DNA of 64,000 nt, taken from positions 34,482 through 98,481 of the forward strand of contig NZ_JASBRN010000072.1 in NCBI RefSeq assembly GCF_030149505.1, written 5' to 3'. The first letter of the stretch is position 1. Each line of letters begins with the position of its first letter. The DNA is from Nocardioides sp. (GTDB lineage: Bacteria; Actinomycetota; Actinomycetes; Propionibacteriales; Nocardioidaceae). Shown here piece by piece: positions 28,024 to 39,373 of the stretch. The notes below the pieces were generated by a model. That model saw nothing but the letters and a program-made list of their open reading frames with translations. It ran no database searches and was not told the origin of the DNA. Position numbers and translations under genes: made by a program.

Positions 28024-28067
28024 ACTCCCGCGGGGTCGGGACGGACCGCGCGGGTGGGGGGCACAGG

Positions 28068-29303
28068 TCAGGGCACCTCGACGTCGACGTCCTTGGTGAC
28101 CGTCGTGGTGCCACCGGCGGCGAGCACCAGGACCAGGGCGTCGACCGCGGCTCCCGGCACCAGGTCGGCGCGGCTGACCGCCAGCCGCATCGGTGTCGCG
28201 GGGCCGGAGTAGCGGACCTTGCCCGTGGCGACCCGTGGGCCCCGCGAGCCGTCGGGGTTCTGCACGAAGGCCTTGGCCACGACCGTCCCGCACGACGCCG
28301 GGAAGTTCGAGCACGTGACCCGCGCGGCGAGGAACGGCTTGCCCCCGATGACCCGCTTGTTGACCTTGTCGTTGTCCTCGGTGATGGTGCGCGGCGGCGG
28401 CGGGACCGCTGCCGAGGTGAGGCAGACGACGTCGGTGCTGACCGTGCTGGAGGCTCCGGAGTCGTTGTAGAAGCGCTGGCGGAAGTCCCGTGTGGCGGAC
28501 TCCGCCCCCAGGTGGTAGACCCCTGCGCCCAGCGTCTCGAACGTGCCGGCGACAGCCAGCGAGTCCACGGGGCAGCTGCGGGTGGCGTCCCAGCTCGACC
28601 CGTCCGCCACCACGCTGGACGTCGGCGGGACGGCGGCGGTCGGCAGCAGGCCGATCGTCACCGCCTCGGTGCCGGCGACGGCACCGTCGTCGACGCAGTA
28701 GACCCAGGAGCTCACCGCGGTGGCGCCCGCACCCTCGAAGGAGTAGGTCCAGCTCGATCCGTCGCTGGTCGAGGCGTTGAGGTAGGCGTCCCCACCGGTC
28801 AGCTCCCACCCGGCTCCGACCGCGATCGGCTGCGCCGCCGGGCAGGTCGCGGTGGTGTCGCCGAACCCGTCGAGCTCGACGTCACCGAAGGGGTCCGACG
28901 CGGCGCCCTGGCCGAACCCGAGCACGTGACCGCCGGCCGTGGTCGTCCCCAGGCAGGTCACCCGGACGTTGCCGGTGATGCGCACGGGCGAGCCGTTGGA
29001 GACCGTGGCGGTCCAGTCCCGGAAGCCGGTACGGCGGTTCTGGCCGATCCCCAGGTCGGCGGCGCGCCCCGTGTGGTCGCTGTCCACCTGGAAGCTGCCG
29101 TTGATGGCGATCGTGCCCACCGGGCAGGTGGCCGTGGCCGACGCGGTGGCGCCGGGGTCGACGGCCACGAAGGTCTGGGCCCGCGAGTAGGTCAGGTCCG
29201 ACGAGGCCGCGTGGGCCGGAGTCGTTGCTGCCGCGAGCGGCAGTGCGAGGGCCAGGGCGCACAGCAGCGCCCCCGTCCTGCGTCGAGCGCGCCAGATGCG
29301 CAT
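28068..29303 (-). CDS. Secreted protein with three Cys-paired T(A/R)xCP repeats
   Basis: Signal peptide ending AHA; ATATCPVG...W...VTC, TTATCPAA...W...VYC, TRSCPVD...F...VVC; GGAGAGGA SD. Confidence 0.75.
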   Translation of the reverse strand: MRIWRARRRTGALLCALALALPLAAATTPAHAASSDLTYSRAQTFVAVDPGATASATATCPVGTIAINGSFQVDSDHTGRAADLGIGQNRRTGFRDWTATVSNGSPVRITGNVRVTCLGTTTAGGHVLGFGQGAASDPFGDVELDGFGDTTATCPAAQPIAVGAGWELTGGDAYLNASTSDGSSWTYSFEGAGATAVSSWVYCVDDGAVAGTEAVTIGLLPTAAVPPTSSVVADGSSWDATRSCPVDSLAVAGTFETLGAGVYHLGAESATRDFRQRFYNDSGASSTVSTDVVCLTSAAVPPPPRTITEDNDKVNKRVIGGKPFLAARVTCSNFPASCGTVVAKAFVQNPDGSRGPRVATGKVRYSGPATPMRLAVSRADLVPGAAVDALVLVLAAGGTTTVTKDVDVEVP

Positions 29304-29563
29304 GGTGATTCCTCTCCCCCTGACGTGGCACCCTCCCGGGCCACGTTCCATCGCGACGCTAGCCACGGGGAGCCCTGCTGCCCACAGGTAAAGACTTCAG
29401 GTTCTCTTCACGGCGCCCGGGACGTCGCGACGGGCCCCGCGAGCCCCTCGCCCACGCTCCGGTCCAGCCCAGCTGACCAGTCACCCCGACCGGACAACCC
29501 GACCAGTCATCCGGACCAGACAGGCGGGTCGGAGGGGTGGACCGGATGGTGGCCGGTCGGCGA

Positions 29564-31018
29564 TCAGCCGGCCGGGAGCGGGGTGTAGATCGACTTCAGC
29601 TCGGTGTACTGGCCCAGGCCCTCGGGGCCGAACTCGCGCCCCAGCCCGGAGGCCTTGAAGCCGCCGAAGGGGGCGGCGAAGTCCATCGTGTAGGTGTTGA
29701 TGCCGTAGGTGCCGGTGCGGACGCCGCGGGCCACCTCGAGACCGGCCTCCACGTCGGCGGTCCACACGGTGCCGGCGAGCCCGTAGTCGGAGTCGTTGGC
29801 GATCCGCACGGCGTCCTCGACGCCGTCGTAGGCGATGACCGACACGACCGGGCCGAAGATCTCCTCCTGGGCGATCCGCATCCGGTTGTCGACGTCGGCG
29901 AAGACGGTGGGCCGGACGTACCAGCCGTGGTCGAGGCCCTCGGGCATCCCGACGCCGCCCGCGACGAGGCGGGCGCCCTCCTCCTGCCCGAGCGCGATGT
30001 ACTTCTGCACCCGCTCCTGCTGGCGCTGGGCCACCATGGGGCCGATCTCGGTGGCGGGGTCCATCGGGTCACCGACGCGCATCCCGCCGATGCCCTGGGC
30101 GATCGCGTCGACCAGCTCGGCCTGGCGCGAGCGCGGCACCAGGACGCGGGTCTGCGCGACGCAGGCCTGCCCGGAGTTCATCACCGAGAGGAACTTCAGC
30201 CCCTCGACGGTGGTGGTGAGGTCGGCGTCCTCGAGCACGATCGCGGCCGACTTGCCGCCCAGCTCGAGGGAGACCCGCTTGAGCTGCTCGCCGCACACGG
30301 CGCCGATCGCGCGGCCGGCGGCCGTGGACCCGGTGAAGGCGACCTTGTCCACGCCGGGGTGCGCCACCAGGTGCTGGCCGACCTCGCGACCGCCGGCGAC
30401 GATGTTGATCACGCCGGCCGGGACGCCGGCCTCCTGGAGCAGCTCGGCCATCAGGTAGCAGTCCAGCGGCGACTCCGGCGCGGGCTTGACCACCACGGTG
30501 CAGCCGCTCAGCAGGGCCGGCACGACCTTGGACAGCACGGTGAACTGCGGGACGTTCCACGGCGGGATGGCCGCGACCACGCCGACCGGCTCGTGCCGCA
30601 CGACCACGTCGGAGCCCAGGGCGCCGGGGCGGGTGGCCTCCCACGGGAACTCCCGGGCGATCGCCAGGAAGGCCTCGATCTGCATCCACGGCGCGGGGGC
30701 CTGGGCCAGCTGGGAGAAGGAGGTCGGCGAGCCCATCTCGAGGGTGATCAGCTCGGCCATCTCGGTGAGCTTGCCGGCGTAGAGCATCGAGAACGCCTCG
30801 ATCACCGCGATCCGCTCGGCCGGCGACATCCGCGGCCACGGGCCGTGGTCGAAGGCCTGGCGGGCAGCGGCGACGGCCGCGTCGACGTCGGCGTACGACG
30901 CCTCGGGGACGGTGGCGATGACCTGCTCGGAGTGCGGGGAGACGACCTGGATGGTCGAGGTGGTCTCGGGGGCGCGCCAGCCGCCGTCGATGTAGAAGGC
31001 GTCGCGGTCGAGGGTCAT
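29564..31018 (-). CDS. Aldehyde dehydrogenase
   Basis: AIPPWNVP, AFTGSTAAG, LELGGKS, NSGQAC, EEIFGPV. Confidence 0.95.
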   Translation of the reverse strand: MTLDRDAFYIDGGWRAPETTSTIQVVSPHSEQVIATVPEASYADVDAAVAAARQAFDHGPWPRMSPAERIAVIEAFSMLYAGKLTEMAELITLEMGSPTSFSQLAQAPAPWMQIEAFLAIAREFPWEATRPGALGSDVVVRHEPVGVVAAIPPWNVPQFTVLSKVVPALLSGCTVVVKPAPESPLDCYLMAELLQEAGVPAGVINIVAGGREVGQHLVAHPGVDKVAFTGSTAAGRAIGAVCGEQLKRVSLELGGKSAAIVLEDADLTTTVEGLKFLSVMNSGQACVAQTRVLVPRSRQAELVDAIAQGIGGMRVGDPMDPATEIGPMVAQRQQERVQKYIALGQEEGARLVAGGVGMPEGLDHGWYVRPTVFADVDNRMRIAQEEIFGPVVSVIAYDGVEDAVRIANDSDYGLAGTVWTADVEAGLEVARGVRTGTYGINTYTMDFAAPFGGFKASGLGREFGPEGLGQYTELKSIYTPLPAG

Positions 31019-31046
31019 GTCGGCTCCAGATGTGAGGGAGTGGATG

Positions 31047-31084
31047 GGTTTCGAGACGGGACTTCGTCCCTCCTCAACCAGCGG
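31047..31084. repeat. REP-like element overlapping a stop codon
   Basis: GGTTTCGAGAC-GGGAC TTC GTCCC-TCCTCAACCAGCGG; shares TCAACCAGCGG and GGGACTT with 36729-36826. Confidence 0.5.
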
Positions 31085-32224
31085 CCACGGAGAAGAAGTC
31101 GGTGAAGCCGGACGGCTCGTGCTTGCCGACGCAGAAGTGCTCGAAGAGGCCGAAGCCCTCGGCGGTGCCGCTCCCCCGCGAGGGCTCGGTGACGACGGCG
31201 CGGCCGACGTGGTCGACGCAGCCGAACATCAGCATGCTCCGCACGGCGTCGCTGGTGAGGTCGTAGGTGCGGCGCTCGACGAACTCCTCGCCGTGCCACT
31301 GCCCGTGCAGCCAGTCCTGGTCACCGCCGTACCCGCCGCCGAAGTGCAGCGGAGCCGCGAGCCGGGACTCGACCTCGAGGCGCAGCGGGCCCTGGCGGGT
31401 CTGGCACTCGATGCTCGCACCGGTGGGCAGCCGCCCGCCGGGGGTGTAGTGGATGGTGACCTGCGGCCAGCCGAGCTGCTCGACCCGACCGTCTCCCCAC
31501 ACGCGGGTGCAGTCGTTGAGGGTGCGGGTGCCCTCGCCGTCCTCCTGGATGATCAGGCAGATCATGTAGTCGTCGAAGCGCATCGGGACGTAGAGCCACC
31601 ACATGCCGTCGAAGTCGGCCGGTCGTCCGGCGGGCTCGGCCTCCCCCACCGGGCGGATGCCCCAGGAGCGGTCGCGCGAGCCGACCCAGGTGTCCGGGCT
31701 GACGGCGATCTCGGTGCCGTCGACCGACAGCGAGCCCGACCAGGTGCCGACCTGCGCGAAGCGCTGGGCGTCGAGCACGACCCGGGTGCCCTGGCGCATG
31801 ACGTGCCGCTGCTCCTGCACGACCTCGAAGGAGCCCTCCCAGGTCAGGTCGCAGGCGAGGCCCTCGGTCTCCTCGAGCACCATCCGGATCTTGTGCAGCG
31901 GCTCGATGACCTCGAGCCGGTACCCGCCGACCCGCTGGTCGAGCTGGCTGTGGCCGTCGTCGATCGCGCCGCCCAGGTGGACGGCGGTCTGCTCGGTGCC
32001 GCGCGTGACGAGGAAGTAGGCGTCCTTGGTGCGCAGGTTGGGGTAGTAGCCCATCCCGCTGATCACGAAGATGTCGCCGGTGCGGTCGTGGGCGTTGAAG
32101 TAGCAGCGGTCGTAGAAGTGCCGGTCGCTCGGCCCGGGCCAGCCGATCGGCTGCGGGACCTGGTGGATCGGGTACTCGTCGAGGGGGCCCAACCCGCCGC
32201 GGGCGCTGCCCTGAGATGCGGCCA

Positions 32225-32225
<1 letters not shown>
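31074..32225 (-). CDS. Conserved hypothetical protein (recalled as Rv3169-like; cyclase/hydratase-like beta fold by inference)
   Basis: LDEYPIHQ, FYDRCYFN, GSRDRSWGIRPVGE; ATGA-coupled to upstream phosphotransferase. Confidence 0.8.
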
Positions 32226-33385
<1,160 letters not shown>

Positions 33386-33386
33386 C

Positions 33387-33400
33387 TAGAACGTGTTCTA
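33387..33400. promoter_or_regulatory. KstR-type operator
   Basis: TAGAACGTGTTCTA (extends to CCTAGAAC-GT-GTTCTAGG), 13 nt upstream of phosphotransferase start; exact reverse complement of the 18308 site. Confidence 0.7.
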
Positions 33401-33402
33401 GG

Positions 33403-33422
33403 TGTCAACAGATTCGTTGACA
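33403..33422. promoter_or_regulatory. Second palindrome adjacent to the KstR-type box
   Basis: TGTCAAC-N6-GTTGACA; contains TTGACA on both strands. Confidence 0.5.
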
Positions 33423-33446
33423 CGTGTCAGGTGACCGGCGCCTCGC

Positions 33447-35177
33447 TCAGACGAGGTCGGTGACCTGCACCCGCGCCTCGTCGGCCTCCTGGTCGGTGAG
33501 CTTGAGCTGGGACTGCCGCTCGGCCTCGACCCGGCGCAGGTAGTGCGCGACCTCCTGGGCGATCCGGGCCTCGTCCCAGCCGAGGACCTCGGCCATCAGC
33601 CGGGCGGCGTGCGGGGCAGCCCGGACGCCGCGGTCGAAGGTCTCGATCGAGATCCGGGTGCGTCGGGTCAGCACGTCGTCGAGGTGCAGCGCACCCTCGT
33701 GGGTCACGGCGTAGACGACCTCGGCCGCGAGGTGGTCCTCCGCGCCCTCCAGCGGCAGCGCGAGCTGGCGTCGGGAGGCGACGAGGGCCAGCAGGTCGTC
33801 GACCTGCCCGCCGTACCGGCCGAGCAGGTGGTCGATCCGCGCCACGTGCAGCCCCGAGCGTCGCGCGAGCAGCACGCGCTGGTTGCTGCGGGTCTCGTAG
33901 GACTCGGCGCCGTCGAGGGGGACGCGGTCGGTGATCGACTCGCGCACCGTGCCCGTGCCGGTGGCCTTGAGGCTGTGGGCGGCGGCGTCGATGGCGTCGC
34001 GCGCCATGACGCGGTACGTCGTGTACTTCCCGCCCGCGATCATCACCAGGCCGGGCACGGGGGTCACCACGGTGTGCTCGCGCGAGATCCGCGAGGTCGG
34101 CTCGGACTCCCCCGACAGCAGCGGCCGGAGCCCGGCGTACACGCCCTCGACGTCCTCGTGGTCCAGCGGCTCGCGGAGGATCCGGTTGACGTGGTCGAGG
34201 ATGTAGTCGATGTCCTTGCGGCTGGCCGCGGGGTGGGCCTTGTCGAGGTCCCACGGGGTGTCGGTGGTGCCGATGATCCAGTGGCGACCCCAGGGGATGA
34301 CGAAGAGCACGGAGGTCTCGGTGCGCACGATGAACCCGGTCTCGGAGCGGATCCGGTCGCGCGGGACCACGATGTGCACGCCCTTGGACGCCTGCACGTG
34401 CAGGGCGCCGCGCCCGCCGACCATGTCCTGGATCTCGTCGGTCCAGACCCCGGCGGCGTTGACCACGACCCGGGCCCGGACCTCCAGGTCCTGGCCGTTC
34501 TCGAGGTCGCGGGCGGTCACGCCGACCACCCGCTCGCCCTCGCGCAGGAAGCCGGTGACCTTGACCCGGGTGGCGACGTGGGCGCCGTGGCGGGCGGCGG
34601 TGCGGGCGACCGCGACGACCAGGCGCGCGTCGTCGACCTGGCAGTCGTAGTAGCGGATGGCGCCGGTGATGGTGTCGGTGCGGAAGTCCGGGGCCATCCG
34701 GGCGACCTGGCGGCGGGTGAGGTGCCGGTGCAGCGGCACCCCCATGTCGTACTTCCCGGCCTTGGCCATGCCGTCGTACAGGGCCAGGCCGGCGCCGACG
34801 TAGGCGCGCTCCCAGACCGGCTTGGTCAGCGGGTAGAGGAACGGCACCGGGCGCACGAGGTGCGGGGCGAGCCGGGTCAGCAGCAGCCCGCGCTCCTGCA
34901 GGGCCTCGCGGACCAGGCCGAAGTCCATCATCTCCAGGTAGCGCAGCCCGCCGTGGATCAGCTTGCTGCTGCGGCTGGAGGTGCCGCTGCCGAGGTCGCG
35001 CTGCTCGAGCAGGCCGGTGCTGAGGCCGCGGGTGACGGCGTCGAGCGCCACCCCGGTCCCGGTGATGCCGCCACCGACGACGAGCACGTCCAGCTCGGGC
35101 TCACCCGCCTGTCCGGTCATCGCGGCCAGGGCGGCGTCTCGCGCGTCGGGTCCGAGGGCTCCAGGCGTGGGAGTCAT
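33447..35177 (-). CDS. glpD: Glycerol-3-phosphate dehydrogenase/oxidase (FAD)
   Basis: LVVGGGITGTG, GTSSRSSKLIHGGLRYL, SKGVH, GTTDT, YAGLRPL, AGGKYTTYR. Confidence 0.93.
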   Translation of the reverse strand: MTPTPGALGPDARDAALAAMTGQAGEPELDVLVVGGGITGTGVALDAVTRGLSTGLLEQRDLGSGTSSRSSKLIHGGLRYLEMMDFGLVREALQERGLLLTRLAPHLVRPVPFLYPLTKPVWERAYVGAGLALYDGMAKAGKYDMGVPLHRHLTRRQVARMAPDFRTDTITGAIRYYDCQVDDARLVVAVARTAARHGAHVATRVKVTGFLREGERVVGVTARDLENGQDLEVRARVVVNAAGVWTDEIQDMVGGRGALHVQASKGVHIVVPRDRIRSETGFIVRTETSVLFVIPWGRHWIIGTTDTPWDLDKAHPAASRKDIDYILDHVNRILREPLDHEDVEGVYAGLRPLLSGESEPTSRISREHTVVTPVPGLVMIAGGKYTTYRVMARDAIDAAAHSLKATGTGTVRESITDRVPLDGAESYETRSNQRVLLARRSGLHVARIDHLLGRYGGQVDDLLALVASRRQLALPLEGAEDHLAAEVVYAVTHEGALHLDDVLTRRTRISIETFDRGVRAAPHAARLMAEVLGWDEARIAQEVAHYLRRVEAERQSQLKLTDQEADEARVQVTDLV

Positions 35178-35207
35178 GGCTCCACTGTGCCAGGTCCCTC
35201 GACGACC

Positions 35208-36671
35208 TCAGCCGCCGAAGCGCGGCGGCCGGTAGTCGGTGCACTCCTCGGTCGCCGTCGGGTAGCGGTCTCGCACCGCGCAGGCCCGCCGCATCTGGTC
35301 CCGGGCGTCGGCGGGCAGCAGCCAGCCCCGCCGCACGGCCCGGTCGGTGGCCCGGGCCAGCCGCTGCTCGTAGTCGGCGTACGTCGAGTAGCGCTGCTGC
35401 AGGGTCAGCGGGTCGAACGGGACGGTGGTGCCGCCGAGCTCGCAGTCCGTGGAGCGGTACGTCGCCACCGGGACCTCCACGGGCGGCAGCCGCATCCCGC
35501 CGAGCACGTTGCCGTCGGCGTCGCGGGCCGGGGTCACGCCGTCGGCGGCGTACTCGAACCGGGGCGCGGGGCGCGGCCGCTCGCCGGTGCGGATCCACTC
35601 CTCGAGCTCGCGGAGCGCCGTGTTGACGGCGTACCTCATGGGGAAGGAGGCGCCGGCCACGATGCAGCCGGCGTAGAGCGGGTTGAGCGCGGACTGGCCG
35701 TAGTCGCCGGCGGCCTCGATGGCGTCGCGGTAGCCCTGCTCGTCGACCTGGGGCAGACCGACCACGCGCTGGCCGGAGCCGAAGACCTGCTGGTAGCCGA
35801 TGAAGAGGCCGGCGTGCGCGGAGCCGGCGACCTCCCAGAGCCGGTAGAGCGGGTCGTCGTCGGCGGTGCCGGTCGACTCGGCCCAGTCGCTGTTGAGCTG
35901 GAGCACCGGGACACGCAGCCGCGGCTCGTACTCCAGCCCGGCCAGGCCGCCGTGGACCAGGAACCCGTCGATCACGCCCGCCCCGTCGCGGAAGGCCCGC
36001 ACGATCCCGGCCAGCCGGCCCGCGGACTGCGACTGCCCCGCAGCCACGACCCGCTCGACCCGCAGCCCGCCCATCGGGCGGACGTCGCCGACCTGCCGGG
36101 TGCGGAGCGCGCGGGCGACCTGGAGGAACATGTCGTCGGCGTACGCGTCGCCGGGGTGGTCGATGGCGGCGTAGCGCACCGGGTCCCACACCTGGGGGGT
36201 CAGCGGAGTGCAGCACAGGCCGGCGGCCTGGGCGCTGACGTGGACGAACGCCCAGCCGCTGCGCAGCAGCTCCTCGCGACCCTCGAGGCTGTCGACGGCG
36301 TTCTCGAACTGGGCGGTGACGTTGACCCACTCCAGCATCACCGCGCCGTTGAAGTCGCGCTGGCGCTGGGGACGGGTGATGACCACCCGCGTGGTGTACG
36401 GCGCGGTCGACCCGTCGGCGGCGCGGGCCGTACCGGAGACGAAGAGCTCCTGCTCGGTGTAGCCGAAGGGCTCCAGCTGGTGCCAGGAGTCCCACATCGG
36501 GCGGCCCTGGATGCCGGCCGGCGGGAGGCTGAGGGTCGGGAGCGGGACCCGGGCCCGTCCGCCCTCGGCGGCTCCGGCGCTGCTGGGCGCCGCGCCCGCG
36601 ACGGTCGGCACCGGCGGCGTCGCCGCCAGCAGGGTCAGGAGCAGAAGGACGACGAGCAGTCTGCGGAGCAC
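35208..36671 (-). CDS. Secreted alpha/beta-hydrolase-domain protein
   Basis: Signal peptide; YTTRVVITRP, MLEWVNVT, GQSQSAG nucleophile elbow, WEVAGSAH, GNVLGGMRLP. Confidence 0.8.
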   Translation of the reverse strand: MLRRLLVVLLLLTLLAATPPVPTVAGAAPSSAGAAEGGRARVPLPTLSLPPAGIQGRPMWDSWHQLEPFGYTEQELFVSGTARAADGSTAPYTTRVVITRPQRQRDFNGAVMLEWVNVTAQFENAVDSLEGREELLRSGWAFVHVSAQAAGLCCTPLTPQVWDPVRYAAIDHPGDAYADDMFLQVARALRTRQVGDVRPMGGLRVERVVAAGQSQSAGRLAGIVRAFRDGAGVIDGFLVHGGLAGLEYEPRLRVPVLQLNSDWAESTGTADDDPLYRLWEVAGSAHAGLFIGYQQVFGSGQRVVGLPQVDEQGYRDAIEAAGDYGQSALNPLYAGCIVAGASFPMRYAVNTALRELEEWIRTGERPRPAPRFEYAADGVTPARDADGNVLGGMRLPPVEVPVATYRSTDCELGGTTVPFDPLTLQQRYSTYADYEQRLARATDRAVRRGWLLPADARDQMRRACAVRDRYPTATEECTDYRPPRFGG

Positions 36672-36728
36672 GCCGCCTCAACGAGCCGCGTGTGACGGCG
36701 GTTACGTCCGGGCCGGGCGACGGATGCT

Positions 36729-36826
36729 CGTCAACGAGCGGGCACACGTCGCCTGGCGACCCGAGTCGAGAGCCGAGTCCCGCGGCGAGGCGGTACCAGC
36801 TCGGGACTTGTGCCCGCTGGTTGACG
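36729..36826. repeat. REP/MITE-like structured intergenic element
   Basis: 17-bp terminal inverted repeat with one mismatch (CGTCAACGAGCGGGCAC / GTGCCCGCTGGTTGACG) and inner AGTCCC/GGGACT stem. Confidence 0.55.
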
Positions 36827-36834
36827 ACGCGGAC

Positions 36835-37068
36835 TCAGGAGCGTCCGTGACCGTTCCTGCCGTCGCCGACCGAGCGGGCCGTCATCGAGCCGAAGTCGCG
36901 GTTGATGGTCTTCTCGCCGCGCACCTGGAAGTGGTCCAGGTCGTCGCGGCCCTGCCCGCCCTGGAGCCGCCGACGCTGGCGGCGGCTGTCCCACAGGTCG
37001 ACGAGGAGGTAAGCCACCACCCCGAGCACGACCAGTCCGACGAAGATCATCCAGCCGACCGACATCAC
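36835..37068 (-). CDS. Small single-TM hypothetical protein
   Basis: GGGAGG SD, N-terminal TM, basic RRQRRR segment. Confidence 0.6.
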   Translation of the reverse strand: MMSVGWMIFVGLVVLGVVAYLLVDLWDSRRQRRRLQGGQGRDDLDHFQVRGEKTINRDFGSMTARSVGDGRNGHGRS

Positions 37069-37179
37069 ACACCTCCCGACGGGCCCGGCGCCCGGAGGAC
37101 CAGTCTGCCCCCACCGTCAACACCCACCGTCACCATGCGGCGCGATGCGCCGTCAGGATCCGTCCGTGCCGAGCCCGGG

Positions 37180-38094
37180 TCAGCCCAGGCGCGCGTGACC
37201 CGCGTCGAGGGCGGCCCGGCACCCCACCCACATCTCGCGTACGACGTCGGCGACCGGGCGCACGGAATCGATCCGGCCTGCGACCTGCCCGGTGTTGGCG
37301 AGGCTGGCGTCCAGGTCGCCGTCGAAGTAGAGCTCCTGCACCCGGTCCATCAGCTTGTCCGCGGGCGGGTCGGCCGCCCACGCGTGGGCGCGCTCGGTGG
37401 CGATGACCCGCATCGTCGGGTTGCCGGGGACGCTGACGAGCATCGTGCCGGTCTCGGGGGCCGCGACGACGGCGTCGGTGAAGGCGGGGTGCACGCCGGA
37501 CTCGTGGGTGGCCAGCATCCGGGTGCCCATCTGCACGCCCTCGGCGCCGAGCACCATGGCGGCTGCCATCGAGGTGGCGTCGCAGATGCCGCCGGCGGCG
37601 ATGAGCGGCAGCGAGGTGCGCGAGGCCACCAGGGGCAGCAGCACCATCGTGGAGGCGCCCGTCGCGCCCTTGAACCCGCCGCCCTCGACGCCCTCGACCA
37701 CGAGGCCGTCGACGCCGGCGGCCTCGGCCTTGAGCGCGGCACGCAGCGTGCCGACGACGTGGAAGACGGTGATGCCGGCGTCCTTGAGCCGGGCGGTGAA
37801 CAGCCCGGGGTCACCGGCCGAGGTGGCGACGTACGAGACCCCGGACTCCACGAGGGTGTCGACGATGGAGTGGTCGTGCTTCCAGCCTCCCACCAGCAGG
37901 TTGGCGCCGACCGGCTTGTCGGTGAGCTCCTTGACCCGCAGCAGGTCCTCGCGGCCCTCGGGGGTGAGGGTCTCGATGATGCCCATGCCCCCGGCCTCGG
38001 AGACGGCCGCGGCGAGCCGGGCCCGGGCGATGAAGGTCATCGGGGCCTGGACGATCGGGACGTCGACGCCGAGGAGCTGCTGCACGCGGTTCAC
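37180..38094 (-). CDS. Nitronate monooxygenase/FabK-like flavin oxidoreductase
   Basis: PIVQAPM, EGVEGGG, LIAAGGICD, GVQMGTRMLAT, GQVAGRI. Confidence 0.9.
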   Translation of the reverse strand: MNRVQQLLGVDVPIVQAPMTFIARARLAAAVSEAGGMGIIETLTPEGREDLLRVKELTDKPVGANLLVGGWKHDHSIVDTLVESGVSYVATSAGDPGLFTARLKDAGITVFHVVGTLRAALKAEAAGVDGLVVEGVEGGGFKGATGASTMVLLPLVASRTSLPLIAAGGICDATSMAAAMVLGAEGVQMGTRMLATHESGVHPAFTDAVVAAPETGTMLVSVPGNPTMRVIATERAHAWAADPPADKLMDRVQELYFDGDLDASLANTGQVAGRIDSVRPVADVVREMWVGCRAALDAGHARLG

Positions 38095-38176
38095 GCCAGG
38101 CACCGTAGCCGCCGCCACCGAGCGGTCGCTCGGGCGGGTGGGCGTGCCCGGGCGTACCGCGGGGAACCACAAGGAC

Positions 38177-38863
38177 ATGTGGACGACCCTGCTCTACGCC
38201 GGTGGCGCCTCCCTCCCGCTCGCGGTCGGGGCGGCCGTCGGCGTGCGCTGGCAGCCGCCGCAGCGACTGGTCGCCGCGCTGCTGGCCTTCGCCGCCGGCG
38301 CACTCGTGGTGAGTGCGGCCTTCGAGCTGTTCGAGCCGGCGTACGAGGACGGCGGGGCGGGGCGGGCGACGGCGGCCTTCCTGGCCGGCGCGGTCGTGTT
38401 CGTCGTGGCCGACGGCCTGCTGGAGCGTCGCACCGCGGGCAGCACGGCCGGCTTCGCGCTGCTGGCCGGCGTGACCCTGGACGGCATCCCGGAGAACGCC
38501 GCGCTCGGGGTCTCGCTCAACGACGCCGCGAGCGTGGCCCTGCTGGTCGCGATCTTCGTGTCCAACGTGCCGGAGGCGGTGGCCGGGGCCCGCTCGATGG
38601 TCGAGCGCGGCCGCAGCCCGCGATTCGTCCTGGGCGTCTGGTGCGCCACGACCGTGCTGCTGGCGCTCGCCGTGGTCGCCGGCCGCTACCTCTTCGCCGG
38701 GGCCGGCCCGCAGGCGCTGGCCTGGCCGCTGGCCTTCGCCGGTGGTGCGGTGCTCGCCTCGGTGATCGACACCCTGGCGCCGGAGGCGTTCGGCGAGGGA
38801 GGTCCGTTGATCGCGCTCGCGAGCGCGGCCGGCTTCGTCACGGGCTTCCTGCTCGGCGCGTGA
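38177..38863 (+). CDS. ZIP/GufA-family metal transporter
   Basis: AFAAGAL...FEL, TLDGIPEN, AIFVSNVPE, AFAGGAVL...PEA; AAGGA SD. Confidence 0.85.
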   Translation: MWTTLLYAGGASLPLAVGAAVGVRWQPPQRLVAALLAFAAGALVVSAAFELFEPAYEDGGAGRATAAFLAGAVVFVVADGLLERRTAGSTAGFALLAGVTLDGIPENAALGVSLNDAASVALLVAIFVSNVPEAVAGARSMVERGRSPRFVLGVWCATTVLLALAVVAGRYLFAGAGPQALAWPLAFAGGAVLASVIDTLAPEAFGEGGPLIALASAAGFVTGFLLGA

Positions 38864-38879
38864 CCGCGCAGTACGAAGC

Positions 38880-39371
38880 TCAGCCGACCGGCCCGGCCGC
38901 TCCCCGAGCAGTTTCGACGGCCTCGGTCAGCCCGCGCGCGGCGAGCCGGTCGGCCCGCTCGTTGCCCTCGTCGCCGGCGTGGCCCTTGACCCAGTGCCAG
39001 GTGACGTCGTGCAGCTGGCAGGCGGCGTCGAGCTCCTTCCAGAGGTCGACGTTCTTGACCGGCTGCTTGGCCGAGGTCAGCCAGCCGTTGCGCTTCCACC
39101 CGGTGACCCAGGACGTGATGCCCGAGCGGACGTAGGTGGAGTCGGTGTAGAGCTCGACCCGCACCCGACGGGTCAGCACGGTCAGCGCCCGGATCGGGGC
39201 GGTGAGCTCCATCCGGTTGTTGGTGGTCTGGCCGGCCTCGCCGCCGCACAGCTCCAGCTCGTGGGAGCCGATCCGCAGCAGCGCGCCCCAGCCGCCGGGG
39301 CCGGGGTTGGGCACGCACGCGCCGTCGGTGTGGATGGTGACGGTCTCGGGCTGGTCCTGCACGAAGGACAT
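38880..39371 (-). CDS. rnhA: Ribonuclease HI
   Basis: [50 protein letters not shown]. Confidence 0.97.
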   Translation of the reverse strand: MSFVQDQPETVTIHTDGACVPNPGPGGWGALLRIGSHELELCGGEAGQTTNNRMELTAPIRALTVLTRRVRVELYTDSTYVRSGITSWVTGWKRNGWLTSAKQPVKNVDLWKELDAACQLHDVTWHWVKGHAGDEGNERADRLAARGLTEAVETARGAAGPVG

Positions 39372-39373
39372 CC

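Noticed and set aside
38168-38183. KstR2-like site near the NMO/ZIP divergon
   Set aside because: Three mismatches to AnCAAGnnCTTGnT
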